A stretch of 64,000 nt of DNA, taken from contig OZ024741.1 in assembly GCA_964016885.1 (NCBI GenBank), positions 45,570,001 to 45,634,000 on the forward strand, in the 5' to 3' direction. Positions 1 to 12,786 of this stretch are shown here, piece after piece (position 1 is the stretch's first letter; every line of letters starts with the position of its first letter). This stretch comes from Eledone cirrhosa (Eukaryota). The translations under genes were made by a program, and so were the position numbers. The notes below the pieces were generated by a model. That model made no database searches. It was not told the origin of the DNA and saw only the letters and a list, made by a program, of their open reading frames with translations.

Positions 1-362
1 GAATGTCGCAAATTTGGGTGGCAGACGTAACACAGACATTTCATTATTATCTATTTTCGTGTTTCCATAAATGTTGGTATTTTCATTGTTGAACTCTTCA
101 GATAATGAGGTGTCGGCCATGTTGATACCGTCAATTTTGTCGGGATATCTATTGGTATACTCTATAGTATCCCGATGTAGCTTTGCCTGTTTAAGCCACT
201 TTAATTTTCTGTTAAAGTGCTTATTACATTCTTGAGTAATGTACTGTTCTTCGGGGCGTATAAGGCTTATAAATGTTAGTTTTTCTGCTGGTGTGGTGAT
301 TTTAGATATTTCATCTATTAGGTTACGCTTTAGTTTTTCTTGATGACTTAATTCTCTATAAC
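1..362 (-). pseudogene. N-terminal part of a Penelope-like element ORF, inverted relative to the RT-EN fragment; runs off the window edge
   Basis: Manual translation of 360..1 gives 120 codons with no stop (YRELSHQEKL...NNEMSVLRLPPKFATF). The ExSVLxLxPKFA motif resembles the PLE N-terminal domain. It abuts the + strand ORF at 363. Confidence 0.7.
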
Positions 363-1580
363 TTGTTCATGGTATGGTGGGACAGTAGACTTAAACAAAA
401 ACTTAAAGAACAATTAGAAGACAGCTTAACCCTGATAATGTACTCCCGCTACGTAGATGATATAAACATCGTAGTTAAGACACCCCCACTAAAGAACAGT
501 CAGGAACCAGAGAAAAACACAATGGAAAGCATCCAGCAAATAGCAAACTCCATCCACCAGAGCATTAGAGTTACTATAGACTACCCAAGTAGACACCCCA
601 ACCATCGATTACCTGTACTAGACACAGAGCTCTGGTTAGATACTATTAACAACCAAAAACAAATCCTCCATTCCCATTATGCCAAACCCATGACTTCCAA
701 ACATCTGATCCACCGAAACTCGGCCATTTCGGACCATACCAAAATCAACATACTGATTGCGGATTTGATACGGGTGATGAGAAATGTGTCCCGCATGTGC
801 AACCCCGAAGAACTAGAGAGACACATACAACACTTCATCCACCGTATGCAGTTCTCTGGCTACAATCAGAGAGATAGAATCAGAGTGTATAAAGGAGCCA
901 GAACCAAATGGGAAAAAATGGTAAATAATGACATAAATGGGACCTGCCCCTTGTATAGGAGCAAATTTTGGAATAGAATAGAAAGAACTAAGAATAAGGC
1001 CAATAGAATAAACTCATGGTATGATAGCAATAAATACCAGAGTGTAATGTTCATCAATACAACCCCTAGAGGCGAACTAGCCTACAAATTTAGAAGGGCC
1101 CTAAAGAAACATAATCTCAATATTAAGATAGTAGAAAGACCTGGTACCTCCGTAAAAACACTTATTAGCAAGACATACCCGTTCCAAAGACCCTCATGTA
1201 TAGATAAGAAATGTATAACCTGTAAAATAAGCCCCCATATTAACTGTAAAACTAGAAATGTAGTATATAGCATAAGATGTACTGAAGGACAATGTAGAAA
1301 CAAAAATATAGTGTACATAGGTGAGACAGCTCGTAGTATAGGGGAACGAATAAATGAACACTGGCGAGACCTCCAAGATAGTAAAGAATCATCTGTGCTC
1401 TACCAACATGCTAAGATAGAACACAGGGGTAAATTAGAGAGCATAGAAATAAAAATAGAATCCACACACAAGAAAGACGCAATGTTTAGGCAAATTACAG
1501 AGGCAGTAAGCATAAAAGAATTAAAACCAAAATTAAATAGAAAATATGAGTGGAACAGCAACATCACAACTTACAATTAA
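363..1580 (+). CDS. 5'-truncated PLE polyprotein: RT C-terminal half plus GIY-YIG endonuclease
   Basis: RT motifs YSRYVDD and LPVLDTELW; linker CxxxxCxxC; endonuclease NVVYSIRC...C...YIGETARSIGERINEH...H...E...LN. Confidence 0.93.
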   Translation: MFMVWWDSRLKQKLKEQLEDSLTLIMYSRYVDDINIVVKTPPLKNSQEPEKNTMESIQQIANSIHQSIRVTIDYPSRHPNHRLPVLDTELWLDTINNQKQILHSHYAKPMTSKHLIHRNSAISDHTKINILIADLIRVMRNVSRMCNPEELERHIQHFIHRMQFSGYNQRDRIRVYKGARTKWEKMVNNDINGTCPLYRSKFWNRIERTKNKANRINSWYDSNKYQSVMFINTTPRGELAYKFRRALKKHNLNIKIVERPGTSVKTLISKTYPFQRPSCIDKKCITCKISPHINCKTRNVVYSIRCTEGQCRNKNIVYIGETARSIGERINEHWRDLQDSKESSVLYQHAKIEHRGKLESIEIKIESTHKKDAMFRQITEAVSIKELKPKLNRKYEWNSNITTYN

Positions 1581-1877
1581 GGACAAAATGAAAACACACA
1601 CACACATAGAACAAACAACTTACAATTGAAAACACACACAAAATAAAAACACACACAAGACAAAATGAAAACACACACACACATAGAACAAACAACCAAC
1701 CAACAATAAATAAATAAATAAACAAACAAATATAAATAGAAAAATAGAAAAATGAACACAAACACACACAGACACCCGGATGTGGCGCATGCGCAAACTG
1801 AGCACGCAACCCACACACAAACAAAATGGCGTAGGATAGAAGAAAGGAAAGGCACAGAAACGAAGAAAGAAATCCCC

Positions 1878-1922
1878 AGTCACTGAAGAGGTCACAGAGT
1901 GTGTGACGAAAGAACTATGACT
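1878..1922 (+). ncRNA. Type I minimal hammerhead ribozyme in PLE pLTR
   Basis: AGTCA-CTGAAGA-G-GTCACA(GAGTG)TGTGAC-GAAA-GAAC-TA-TGACT; stems I and II pair perfectly. Confidence 0.85.
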
Positions 1923-2167
1923 ATATATATATAAACAACTATCTGGTTGTGGAACCAACCAACCAACCAGAAATTTATAAATTTGTAAATTTATAAATAT
2001 ATATTAAATTAAATTGAAGTGAAAGCAACTGGTGCGTGTGTTTCTTATTGGCAACATGACCCTCCCAAAGTATAACAATATCGGTTTCAACACACGATTT
2101 CAGATAAAGAATCTTGCTAAACAAATTCAGAAACGAAATATATATATATATATATATATATACAGTA

Positions 2168-2335
2168 ATAATGGTTTCTACTTTTGGCACAAGGCCACCA
2201 ATTTTCCCAGTGTATTACTGATACTTTATTTTATCGACCTCGTAAGGATGAAAGACAAAGTTAACCTCGGCGGGATTTGAACTCAGACCATAAAGGGCCG
2301 TAACTCTTTGCTGCAAAGCATGGCGTCGGATAGTA
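2168..2335 (-). mobile_element. tRNA-derived SINE (family 1)
   Basis: Reverse complement of the GAGTTCAAATCCCGCCGAGG...TTTCATCCTTACG.GGTCGATAAAATAAAGTA unit repeated through the window. Confidence 0.8.
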
Positions 2336-2377
2336 ATAAGAATAAATTTGCAGACTTGCTTACACTTTAATCTGTTA

Positions 2378-2484
<107 letters not shown>

Positions 2485-2594
2485 ATAAATATTTAGTATC
2501 TCCAAGGAAATACGGTTTTAGGAAGCCGTAGCTATGTAAACACCGGAGGGCTAACGTCCTCTGGGGTGATGTCCAGCAGAAGTAAGGGCGCCAA

Positions 2595-2636
2595 CTGTCT
2601 ATGCATATCAGGCTTAACTGACCTTTGTCAGGACGG
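2595..2636 (-). ncRNA. Degenerate type I hammerhead (family A)
   Basis: CCGTC-CTGACAA-AGGT(CAGTTAA)GCCT-GATA-TGCA-TA-GACAG. Sister copies supply CTGACGA-AGGC and the GACGG stem I strand. Confidence 0.65.
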
Positions 2637-2805
2637 TCCCTCCCACCGCTTGGGACAGCTAGACTAGAAGACAGCTGAGAATATATACATTTATCGTCTG
2701 TGTAAATGAGGTGATTAATCTCATTTGCATATGAAGCTGCATAAGTTGGCTCAAATTATAATAAAAAGAAATAGGATTTCGCTTCAAGCATAGCTTTATA
2801 ACTGA

Positions 2806-3775
2806 CTAGCATTAAAGCCCGGCGTTGATCGGTGTCAGTAAGTTACCAAATTTAGGTTGCACCATACATTTTATGGCAGCACCTCTTTTGTCTGCCAGGC
2901 ACTGGGTGAATGAATTGCAGACCTGGTCTGCCGAAGTAGGAGCTGCGCCAGCAGTCACAATTGTAGTTTCGCCTATGGATATTATCTCTGTGCAAAGAAG
3001 TGTTGAAATTTATTGTTTCACAGTACTTGCGCAACACGCGCGTAGACGATGCCAGCCGAACAACAGAGCTGCGATGGAGTTGTTCTGCATGATTGTCTAA
3101 TAGTGTCTTCTGAATTTAAGACAGTAGGGAGGGGTGTGATATGGGGGAGAGTTAGCTGCTGTTTCTAGCAGGTTTAGTGACCTCATAGAGGATATTATTG
3201 TGTATAGTAAATAAACTGATACTTCTTTCTTCCACGTTCGTTGAGAGATGTTTTAAAAAAGATTTATCGCTATTTTTTTTTTTGTTGTTGAATAAATTTA
3301 TCTGTTGCTTTTGAATAATTGTTGTTTGGTATGAAATATAATAAGTTCTCTTCGTTGTCATTGAAATAAATAAATGTTTGACCGTTCCACACTCAAAAAC
3401 AAACGTTCTCTCTCTCTCTCCCTCATTTCTTTCTCTCTTCTTTCTTCCGAGTTCCTAAAGGAAGTTTGTAAGTTTAAGCGTATATAAGAGAAAGTTGCAG
3501 CATGTATGTAGTTTTATCAAATTTTAAGGGGAGTAGAAGGAGGATTTCAGATTGTATTAGAGGGGTAAAGCGTCAGGTATTTAGTTTGAACGATTATTTC
3601 CGTAATTGTGGGTGAGTTGGAAAAAAATAAATAGACGTTGATCTATGTTCCACTATTTACAACATTCATACAGACATTGACTCGAATGGGTTTGAAATTG
3701 TGCAAATGTATAAACATGGAACATGCACACACACACACACAACAACAACAACAATCTGCCTTTTATAGATAATGA
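2806..3775 (-). mobile_element. Non-autonomous Helitron
   Basis: Minus strand starts TC and ends with a CCGATCAACGCCGGG hairpin plus CTAG; inserted between A and T; ends shared with 49280-49939. Confidence 0.7.
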
Positions 3776-4457
3776 TGTATAAATATTTCGTATCTCCAAG
3801 GAAATACGGTGTTAGGAAGCCGTAGCTATGCAAACGCCCTCTGGTGATGTCCAGCAGAAGAAAGGGGCTTAACTTGCCTTCGTCAGGACGGTCCCTCCCA
3901 CCGCTTGCGACTTCTGGACTAGAAGACAGGCGAGAATATATAGATTTCTCGTCTGTGTAAATGAGGTGATTAATCTCATTTGCATATGAAGCTGCATAAG
4001 TTGGCTCAGCTTATAATAAAAAGAAATAGGATTTCGCTTCAAGCATAGCAGTTAAGCCTGAGATGCATAGACGGTTGTGCCCCTTGCTTCTGCTGGACAT
4101 CACCAGAGGGCCTTACCCCCCCCCCCCCCCCCGGTGTTTGCATAGCTACGGCTTCCTAAAACCGTATTTCCTTGGAGATACGAAATATTTATACATATCG
4201 TATGAAGCTATTCTTGAAGCAAAATCCTACTTCTCTCTCTCTATATATATATAAATGTACATATATATATATACATATGTATAGAGAGAAAAAAGGCGGG
4301 GGGGGGGAAGAGATAGCGATAGAGAAAGAGAGAGATGCATATATATATGTTTATATAAGTATACACACACACATGTGTTCGTGTGTGTGTAAATATGGAC
4401 GTGTGAGTGTGTGTGTGTCTGCGTGTATTTAAAGGAAAAACCACTATCTTGTTTAGT

Positions 4458-4532
<75 letters not shown>

Positions 4533-5256
4533 TACATTAACGTCAGTATCTGGAACGATTAGATGTTTACAGACAGATGCCCATTACTATCCATTAACAT
4601 ATATATTTCTATAGGGGGGATGAGTGTGAAAGCTTTGGTATATTACAACTGTATTTCCGTTTCAATGTAAGTTATGGTTACAAGTTAATGTCGGTAGATG
4701 ATATTCAAATAGATAGGACTTAAATTCCAGTAAATGCTAACCTTAATTTGATCCGAGATCTTCCTGGGTATTTATCTTATACATTTTTACATCAACAAAT
4801 ATCAGCGGTGTGTAGAATATGCTTTTATTCGAATCATTTACAATTGTTCCTGGGCGTAAGATATCTCTGTACGTATTTTCCTGTTTTGGTGAAAATAATT
4901 GTGTCGAGAAATTTCCTTATGGTTTATCTCTTTTGTTTCTGTTCAAGGGAAAATATCTCAGGTGACTTCATCAGAAATCAAATTTCCGATAACTGTATTT
5001 CTTCCTCGTCTGAATATTGTTAGGATATACATATACACACAGATACACATACACACACATACACACTTCTGTGTACATATAGATGAACACACGCAAATGT
5101 ACACACACACACACAGGTACACACTCACACACATAAGTATATATCTATTCGTATACATATAAATATCATATCTCAATAGCCTGACAACACGTTCTGTTGA
5201 TTCTCTCTCTCTCTCTTTCTTTATCTCTGTCTATATATCTCTCTATATATATATAA

Positions 5257-6215
5257 CGAAAAAAGTGTGGTAAGGAACCAGGTGGACCATAACGCACCAG
5301 AGTACTCAATACCGAGGGTAGTAGAGTGGGTAATAGGAAAATGTTCAAGACCCTAACGGCAGAGCTCAAGCCGTTTCGACGGCTATTTCCTGACAAAACT
5401 AGATTTTTAGCGTGGTAAATAGCCGAACCTTTCAAGGGGTAATTCCTTATATGGGAAGATTGTAGTTGTCAAAAGGATTGGTCAAACTTTCTTGTAAACA
5501 ATTAAATATTTCATGGCGGTGAGTGGGAGGTGGAGGTGGCTGAACTCGCCTGTAGAACAATGTGGCTGGAACCGGTTAAGCATTGAAAGTGAATTCCATA
5601 CAGCAAATTCTAAGGAGTGTGGATGAAATTAGGTTAGTTAGGAAGCAGGTGAAAAACGATACTGAGAGTGAGAAGTTATAAAATTAATAAGTTAATAAAT
5701 TGAAATAAAAAAATTAAAAAATAATAAATAAAAATAATAATAATATAAAAAAATTAAATAATAAAAAATAATATAAAAAACTAGTGTCTAAAACAGCTGC
5801 TATATTTTTAGCTGGTATTGCATTTTCGGTCAGTGCTATATAGAATTTACTGGGGTGGAGCTACTGAGGCTACAAAAGCCCGATGGGCTGCTCACGGTAA
5901 GTGAAAAAGGAAAAAGGAAAAGGAAGAGGAGAGAGAGTGGAAGGAAGTCAGAAGAAGAGTTAAAGGGAAAAAAGAAAAGAAGTTCATCTACCTATGTATG
6001 CTGGGGTTTCCCCTAACTTGTTCGGCAAGTGGGGAAAAGAAAGATGTTACAGCCATTGTCTACCCACCCGGGTCATGAGGGGGTTTGGGGGCGAGGTAAG
6101 TCCTGCGCAATCGGTGTTTACATGCGGTTACAAGTTCGTCTTTTTTGTTTAGGAGTTGGTCCTTCTTTTCTTTTTTCCCTTTATCTCTACTTCACACTTC
6201 CTTCCATTCCCTCTC
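5257..6215 (-). mobile_element. Family B pLTR-like repeat with U3-A8 hammerhead (5350-5440)
   Basis: Homologous to 23940-24080, 28298-30270, 37935-38135 and 10270-10322; flanked by (TA)n on the left. Confidence 0.75.
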
Positions 6216-6216
6216 C

Positions 6217-6445
6217 GCTGCTAGAAAGGGAAGCCCAAAAACCACTCAAAGAAGTGTGCTCAACCAAACAGAGAAAGAGGAAAGACTGTTATAAGGAGCG
6301 AAATATCATGAAAAATTAACGGAGCCATAGACTCTCGTTATTCCTGGTTAATTTATCGTGATATTTCGCTCCTTATAACAATTTTCCTCTCTGTTTGGTT
6401 GAGCACATTTCTTTGGGTGGTTTGGGGGCTACCCTTTCTAGCAGC
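6217..6445. repeat. Inverted repeat (family C)
   Basis: 6217-6320 is the near reverse complement of 6347-6445. Confidence 0.85.
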
Positions 6446-6560
6446 TCGTCTCTCAGATACCACTGGTTCACTGCCCTGCGCACGCTGTCACATCTCACTG
6501 CCGCGTGTTGCTGGACGATCGTCTTAGATTCTCTTAGAATTGTCTGGAATGTATAGTCTG

Positions 6561-6643
6561 GCACGCGCTGATGACCCATAGGCTGTTCCATTTCAGTCAA
6601 CAACTTCCTGGCGAAACAGATCTCTTTGGATTTCTACGCGTGC
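6561..6643 (+). ncRNA. Type I hammerhead with long stem III (family C)
   Basis: GCACGCG-CTGATGA-cCCA...TGGC-GAAA-CAGATCT(CTTT)GGATTTC-TA-CGCGTGC; perfect 7-bp stem I; single mismatches at the bases of stems II and III. Confidence 0.8.
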
Positions 6644-6914
6644 GTTATATAGTTATAGAGGTGCGTATATGCATTTTAATTTATAATTTTAATTATTGTG
6701 TGTCTACCCTGCCTTCCATAGGTTATAGATTCCATACACTGGTGGTTTTCCCTGTTTTATCGATGGCACACTATCTCTCTCTTTCTAGTGTGTTACCCTT
6801 TCAACATATTGTAATTTATATATATTTAGTAATAATAATAAATTTGAAGACTAAAATCCAAAGAGGGCTCGATAAGGATAAATATATATCAAATATATAA
6901 GAACCCTAGAGCAA

Positions 6915-7050
6915 ATATTTATTAAAATAACAGATTAAAATTTAAGCAAAGAATCGCTGCTTGCACCCTTAACGGGATCTTCTGAAGATCCCGTTAAGGG
7001 TGAAAGCAGCGATTCTTTGCTTAAACTTAAATCTGATATTTTAATAAATA
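6915..7050. repeat. Near-perfect palindrome centred on a hammerhead core (family D)
   Basis: CTGAAGA-TCCC(GTTAA)GGGT-GAAA-GCAG...TTGC-TT-AAACTT at 6982-7028; related copy at 26703-26756 (-) supplies the stem I strand GAGTTT. Confidence 0.75.
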
Positions 7051-7055
7051 AATAA

Positions 7056-7097
<42 letters not shown>

Positions 7098-7109
7098 ATA
7101 TATATCATA

Positions 7110-7317
7110 TTTATATTTAGGGAGAGACATATTGTTATAATATTTCCAGAAATAATAATAAAATACACTCACTGTTTGGTTTGAATTGGTTTTCGCTTCT
7201 GTATATTTTATATCCCTATAGTGACTTTAGTTGGCAATCAATGTTTATAATTGATTGACCAACGGTTAAAAATATAGATATAAATATATATATTATATAG
7301 TCTATCAAAGTTCTTTA
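7110..7317 (-). mobile_element. Solo pLTR fragment of the RYVDD-type PLE
   Basis: Reverse complement matches 63173-63385, starting at the HHR stem III. Confidence 0.7.
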
Positions 7318-7370
7318 TATATATATGTATATATACACACACACAGACACACCCCCCACTCACACACAAA

Positions 7371-7423
<53 letters not shown>

Positions 7424-7430
<7 letters not shown>

Positions 7431-8151
7431 TGTATATGTAGTATATTTAGCAATACTATGTATGCTTAATTAAATAACGTGTTGAAGACCTTACGCTATT
7501 GTTTTAAAGTAGTGACTATGTCACTTACTTCTTTTTTCAACAAACAAAGGGAGATAAGCTGACAGATCTCTGTTTCATACTGTTGGTATTCCTCAGAGCC
7601 CTTGTTTGTTGAAAATTATAAATGTTGGATTCTTATAGAACTCCAGTAATAATGAACGGATTATACAGAGCGGTTGCCGGTCCAGCAAACATTGAAAATT
7701 AGAATTCGTGCTCTGAAATAGCGATGTATATATGAATGTATAGTTGAAAAATGAAGTAAGTGACATGGTCACTACTTTAAAACAATAGCGTAAGGTCTTC
7801 AAAATGTTTTTAATACAATGTATATATGAATGTATATATAGCATATTTGGCAATACAGTGTATTGCCAAATATACTATATATACATTCATATATACATCG
7901 CTATTTCAGAGCACCAATTGTAATTTTCAATGTTTGCTGGACCGGCAACCGCTCTGTATAATCAGTTCCTGATTATTACTGGAATTCTATAAGAATCCAA
8001 CATATATAATTGTCAAGTGGAGTGGAGTGCTAGGTTCTGAGGAATACCAACAGTATGAAACAGAGATATGTCAGCTTATCTCCCTTTGTTTGTTGAAAAA
8101 TGAAGTAAGTGACAGTGTCACTACTTTAAAACAATAGCGTAAGGTCTTCAA

Positions 8152-8152
<1 letters not shown>
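7424..8152. mobile_element. Family E: ~310-nt HHR repeat, tandem/inverted and permuted (retrozyme-like)
   Basis: Unit returns to TATATGAATGTATA after ~305 bp; inverted copy ~7860-8152; (TA)n on both sides. Confidence 0.75.
7556..7601 (-). ncRNA. Type I hammerhead, intact core (family E)
   Basis: GGGCT-CTGAGGA-ATAC(CAACA)GTAT-GAAA-CAG(AGAT)CTG-TC-AGCTT; GUC site. Second copy at 8032-8077 (+). Confidence 0.85.
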
Positions 8153-8221
<69 letters not shown>

Positions 8222-8232
8222 ATATATATATG

Positions 8233-9110
8233 CAGTTTGTTCGTAATGTCCCTTCACAATTTAAAAAATATATTAAAAAGGCAATTGATGAGATATCTTA
8301 ATCAGATTTGTTCTATTTTCTCAGTAGTTATCATTGTTTTTAATCTCATTGCATTTGTGTATTTAGGGTATCCTGTTGATGAAAGAGGTACTGTTAAATG
8401 AAGCCCTAAAATGGCTACTCCTCGAGAAAAGGCATAATGTATGTCATCGTTTATTCAAACAAAATCGGATACGCAGAATCAACGAAACTACAGAACTAAG
8501 TATGGAAGAGATCCACCGTCACGTCCGTCAATTCGTGCATGGCACAAGAGAAATTTATCACTGGTTCATTTTTCTTCAACGAGACATCAATTACTGCAAA
8601 TGTTTACTTTGAACGTTTGACTGAGTATGTGGAACCACAACTAGATGACCTTCAATCAACCATAATTTTTCAGCAAGATGGTGCACCACCACATTGAGGA
8701 CTGCTTGTTCATGGGTTCCTAAATACAACATTTCCAGACCGGTGTATTGGAAGGGATGGCCCAATTCCCTGTCCACCTCGTTAACCAGATATCCCTCCCC
8801 TGGACTTCTTTCTATGGGGATATGTTAAAGATATCGTGTATCGAACAAAGATACAGGACATCACTGATCTAAAGCAAAAGATCACTGATGCCATTGTCAC
8901 CACTGATGATGCTATTCTACAGCAAACATGGCAAGAAATCGAGTACCGTCTTGCTTGATGCAACTAATGGTGCCCATATAGAGGTGTATTGAATTAATTT
9001 AAAAACACGTCCATATCTACTCCTCATTTTGTAACAATTTTCACAAACTTGTCTGTTCATTTGCTTTTGTAATGATTTTTTAAAGTTGTAGAGACTTTAT
9101 GGACACGCTG
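8233..9110 (+). mobile_element. Internally deleted, decayed Tc1/mariner DNA transposon
   Basis: Imperfect TIRs (CAGtttGTtCgTAAtGTC / rc of GACTTTATGGACACGCTG) in TA context. Broken transposase remnants MATPREKA..., FQQDGAPPH and PLDFFLWGYVKDIVY. Confidence 0.88.
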
Positions 9111-9119
9111 TATATATAA

Positions 9120-9252
9120 TAGTTTCTACTTTTGGCACAAGGCCAGCAAGTACCCAGTGCATTACTGTTACTTTATTTTATCGACTCCGTAGGGATGAAA
9201 GGCAAAGTTAACCTGGGCGGGATTTGAAATCAGAATAGCAAGGGACGTAATG
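9120..9252 (-). mobile_element. SINE family 1, partial
   Basis: B-box and 3' domain on minus strand. Confidence 0.75.
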
Positions 9253-9751
9253 ACTATATATGTATGGTTCTTTCCAATACTTCAGTATCAGTTTAGTAAT
9301 ACTTGTCACATACACAACAATATCTCTAACAATATAGCTAGAAGCAATATTAATATTTTATTATATGCACAATGTAAGAGTAAGGGATATATGCTAGTAC
9401 ATGATATAATCGTTAATATATTGACTCATGTTATCAAATGAAAGTTATACTACAGAATCATTACATATTATCGTGTCGTGTTGACAATATGTTATCAATA
9501 ATATTACTTCCTGTAGACTTCTCGGGGATTTTGACAGATTATTAAAAGGCTGGGTGGGGGTGGCAGTGCTTGGAACATCTAGCAATTGCAGCATCTGCTT
9601 CATACACAAGATTTAAAAGATGAGGCCATTGACACAAATATAGTGGCGTCCTGGTCGAGGGATGGTCCAAATCATGTGCCGGGTGGCACGTTGTGTTCTT
9701 GAGGAAAACATTTCATTTAAGGTTGCTCCAGTCAACTCAGCTGATATGTAG

Positions 9752-9791
<40 letters not shown>

Positions 9792-9801
9792 CTTTCTCTC
9801 C

Positions 9802-9866
<65 letters not shown>

Positions 9867-10322
9867 AATATTCGAGGTCCGTGGGTAATCCACTGGCTAT
9901 CCTTTGTTATCCTGTCTCTATCTTTATCCCCTACAAAGAGAACTAAAGTCTGCCATGTCGAACTTTCTTTCCCCTTTTCCATATCGTGCGTGAAACTAAT
10001 AAGACATATTGTAAGCCTGTTTTGATGTTTCCTTGAAATATAAATAAATATATATATATATGTTAAGTATTTTCGTGGAAAAGGTAAAGGAAAGAAGAAT
10101 GATCTAGGTATAGTACAGAGCTATTTATTTAATTATGCAAGAATCGCCTGGCTTCGTGAAACCTTTGGTAATGGAATAATTATAATAATTATATTGTGTT
10201 GTTTATTACATATATATATATATATAAATGTGTGTATATATGTTTATGTGTATATGTATATATATATATAGAATTAGCCGTCGAAATGGCTTGAGCTCAG
10301 CTGTCGGGGTCTTACTGGTTCC

Positions 10323-10402
<80 letters not shown>

Positions 10403-10776
10403 TGTGTGTGTGTGTCTGTGTGTGTGCATTATATTCAGACAACGACGGCTTTGTAAGAGTCATAAGAATGGAAAATCTTCTTCATTCTATTATCACATAT
10501 ACTTTCAACACAATTCGAAGTAATAATGAATTTGCCTGGAAGAATGTGAATATATATTTTGTTATCTTTGACATTTCATCTGTATTTTCATCGGGAACTA
10601 TTTATCTTGGACATATATTCACAATATTTTAGTAGTATTTCTTTTTAAATTTTGTGCGACATTTTATTAATGCAACACTAAGCCATTACACTTTCTCCAC
10701 CAGAAACTGTTGTCTAAGTATTTTATCAGATAAAAATCATACGCCTATATGAGTGTTTCGTATAAAGCCTTCACAC

Positions 10777-10815
<39 letters not shown>

Positions 10816-11230
10816 TATAAATTTATATATGCAAAAGTTCTATTTAAATTGTTGGGATACAACAAGTAAATATTTTTATAACTTATATAAAGCACTCGAC
10901 AAGTATTTGGAGTAGATATACGATATTAATAAATGGAAACTATATTTATAAAATCGTATTTATTTCATTATACATATTTCAAGGATACCAAGTTAAATTA
11001 TGGTATGCCTTCATCAGACAAAATAAAATATATATCAGTTTTACAAATAAGCATTGACGTACCCTTTCAAAATGCGACCATTACTTTTGGAGGACATCTT
11101 TTGATATATATTGTATTTTGTGTGATGAAGGCATACCATAATTTAACTTGGTATCCTTGAAATATGTATAATGAAATAAATATGGTTTTATAAATATAGT
11201 TTCCATTTATTAATATCGTATATATTTATA

Positions 11231-11323
<93 letters not shown>

Positions 11324-11437
11324 TATATTTGCATACGAACACACGCAAGCACATACACTCACACACACACACACACATATATATATATTTATATATATAT
11401 ATATACATATATATATATACACACACACACACATATA

Positions 11438-11516
<79 letters not shown>

Positions 11517-11522
<6 letters not shown>

Positions 11523-12786
11523 AAATAACGAAACGAAATTAAATTTCGTTTCGTTTGTAACTCACTTTTGTATGACTGACGCTTAAACAATTAAGTTAAA
11601 AATGTACATCTACATATGCATACTGAAATACTAGTATGCATATGAATACACACACGTATACATATGTAGATGTACCAAGTCTTTCACTGGTTACTTTACT
11701 GTGAGTATCCAGCTATTCTGTATGTAAACACACAGACAAACCGGTTTTTAGAGTCATACTGGTTTTTTAGGAAACACCTTTCCTCTATTCTCCAGAAAGC
11801 CAGACAAGGAATATTGAACTAGTTTCGTTGTTGTTACAACTCATCAGCAATATTTACCTATCTACCAGCCTTTCTGGAGAATCGTAAAAGCACATATCGT
11901 TATATGCTTTTCCTATGAAAATTAGTAGTGGGCAGACCAATTTGCATAGAGTGTGAGTACGTACCGGTTCAACGGAGAAGATAAAAACAAATAACGAAAC
12001 AAAATTAAATTTCGTTTCGTTTGTAACTCACTTTTGTATGACTGACGCTTAAACAATTAAGTTAAAAATGTACGTCTACATATGCATACTGAAATACTAG
12101 TATGCATATGAATACACACACGTATACATATGTAGATGTACCAAGTCTTTCACTGGTTACTTTACTGTGAGTATCCAGCTATTCTGTATGTAAACACACA
12201 GACAAACCGGTTTTTAGAGTCATACTGGTTTTTGAGGAAACACCTTTCCTCTATTCTCCAGAAAGCCAGACAAGGAATATTGAACTAGTTTCGTTGTTGT
12301 TACAACTCATAAGCATTAACTTAATTGTTTAAGCGTCAGTCATACAAAAGTGAGTTACAAACGAAACGAAATTTAATTTCGTTTCGTTATTTGTTTTTAT
12401 CGTCCCCGTTGAACCGGTACGTACTCACACTCTATGCAAATTGGTCTGCCCACTACTAATTTTCATAGAAAAGGCATATAACGATATGTGCTTTTACGAT
12501 TCTCCAGAAAGGCCGGTAGATAGGTAAATATTGCTGATGAGTTGTAACAACAACAAAACTAGTTCAATATTCCTTGTCTGGCTTTCTGGAGAATAGAGGA
12601 AAGGTGTTTCCTCAAAAACCAGTATGACTCTAAAAACCGGTTTGTCTGTGTGTTTACATACAGAATAGCTGGATACTCACAGTAAAGTAACCGGTGAAAG
12701 ACTTGGTACATCTACATATGTATACGTGTGTGTATTCATATGCATACTAGTATTTCAGTATGCATATGTAGATGTACATTTTTAAC

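Larger units (their letters stand above)
2485..4234 (-). mobile_element. Family A: ~320-nt non-coding HHR repeat (retrozyme-like); tandem dimer split by a Helitron, plus an inverted permuted copy
   Basis: Copies at 2485-2805 and 3776-4049, inverted copy at ~4048-4234 crossing the head-tail junction. Confidence 0.75.

Noticed and set aside
2610-2670. Twister-like TTAAC...CGGTCCC on the plus strand
   Set aside because: Pseudoknot partners are missing; better explained as the reverse complement of a hammerhead
9940-10175. GAAA-CTAA-TA and GAAA-CCTTTGG-TA motifs
   Set aside because: Possible HHR 3' halves, but no upstream core or stem I was found, so they were not called
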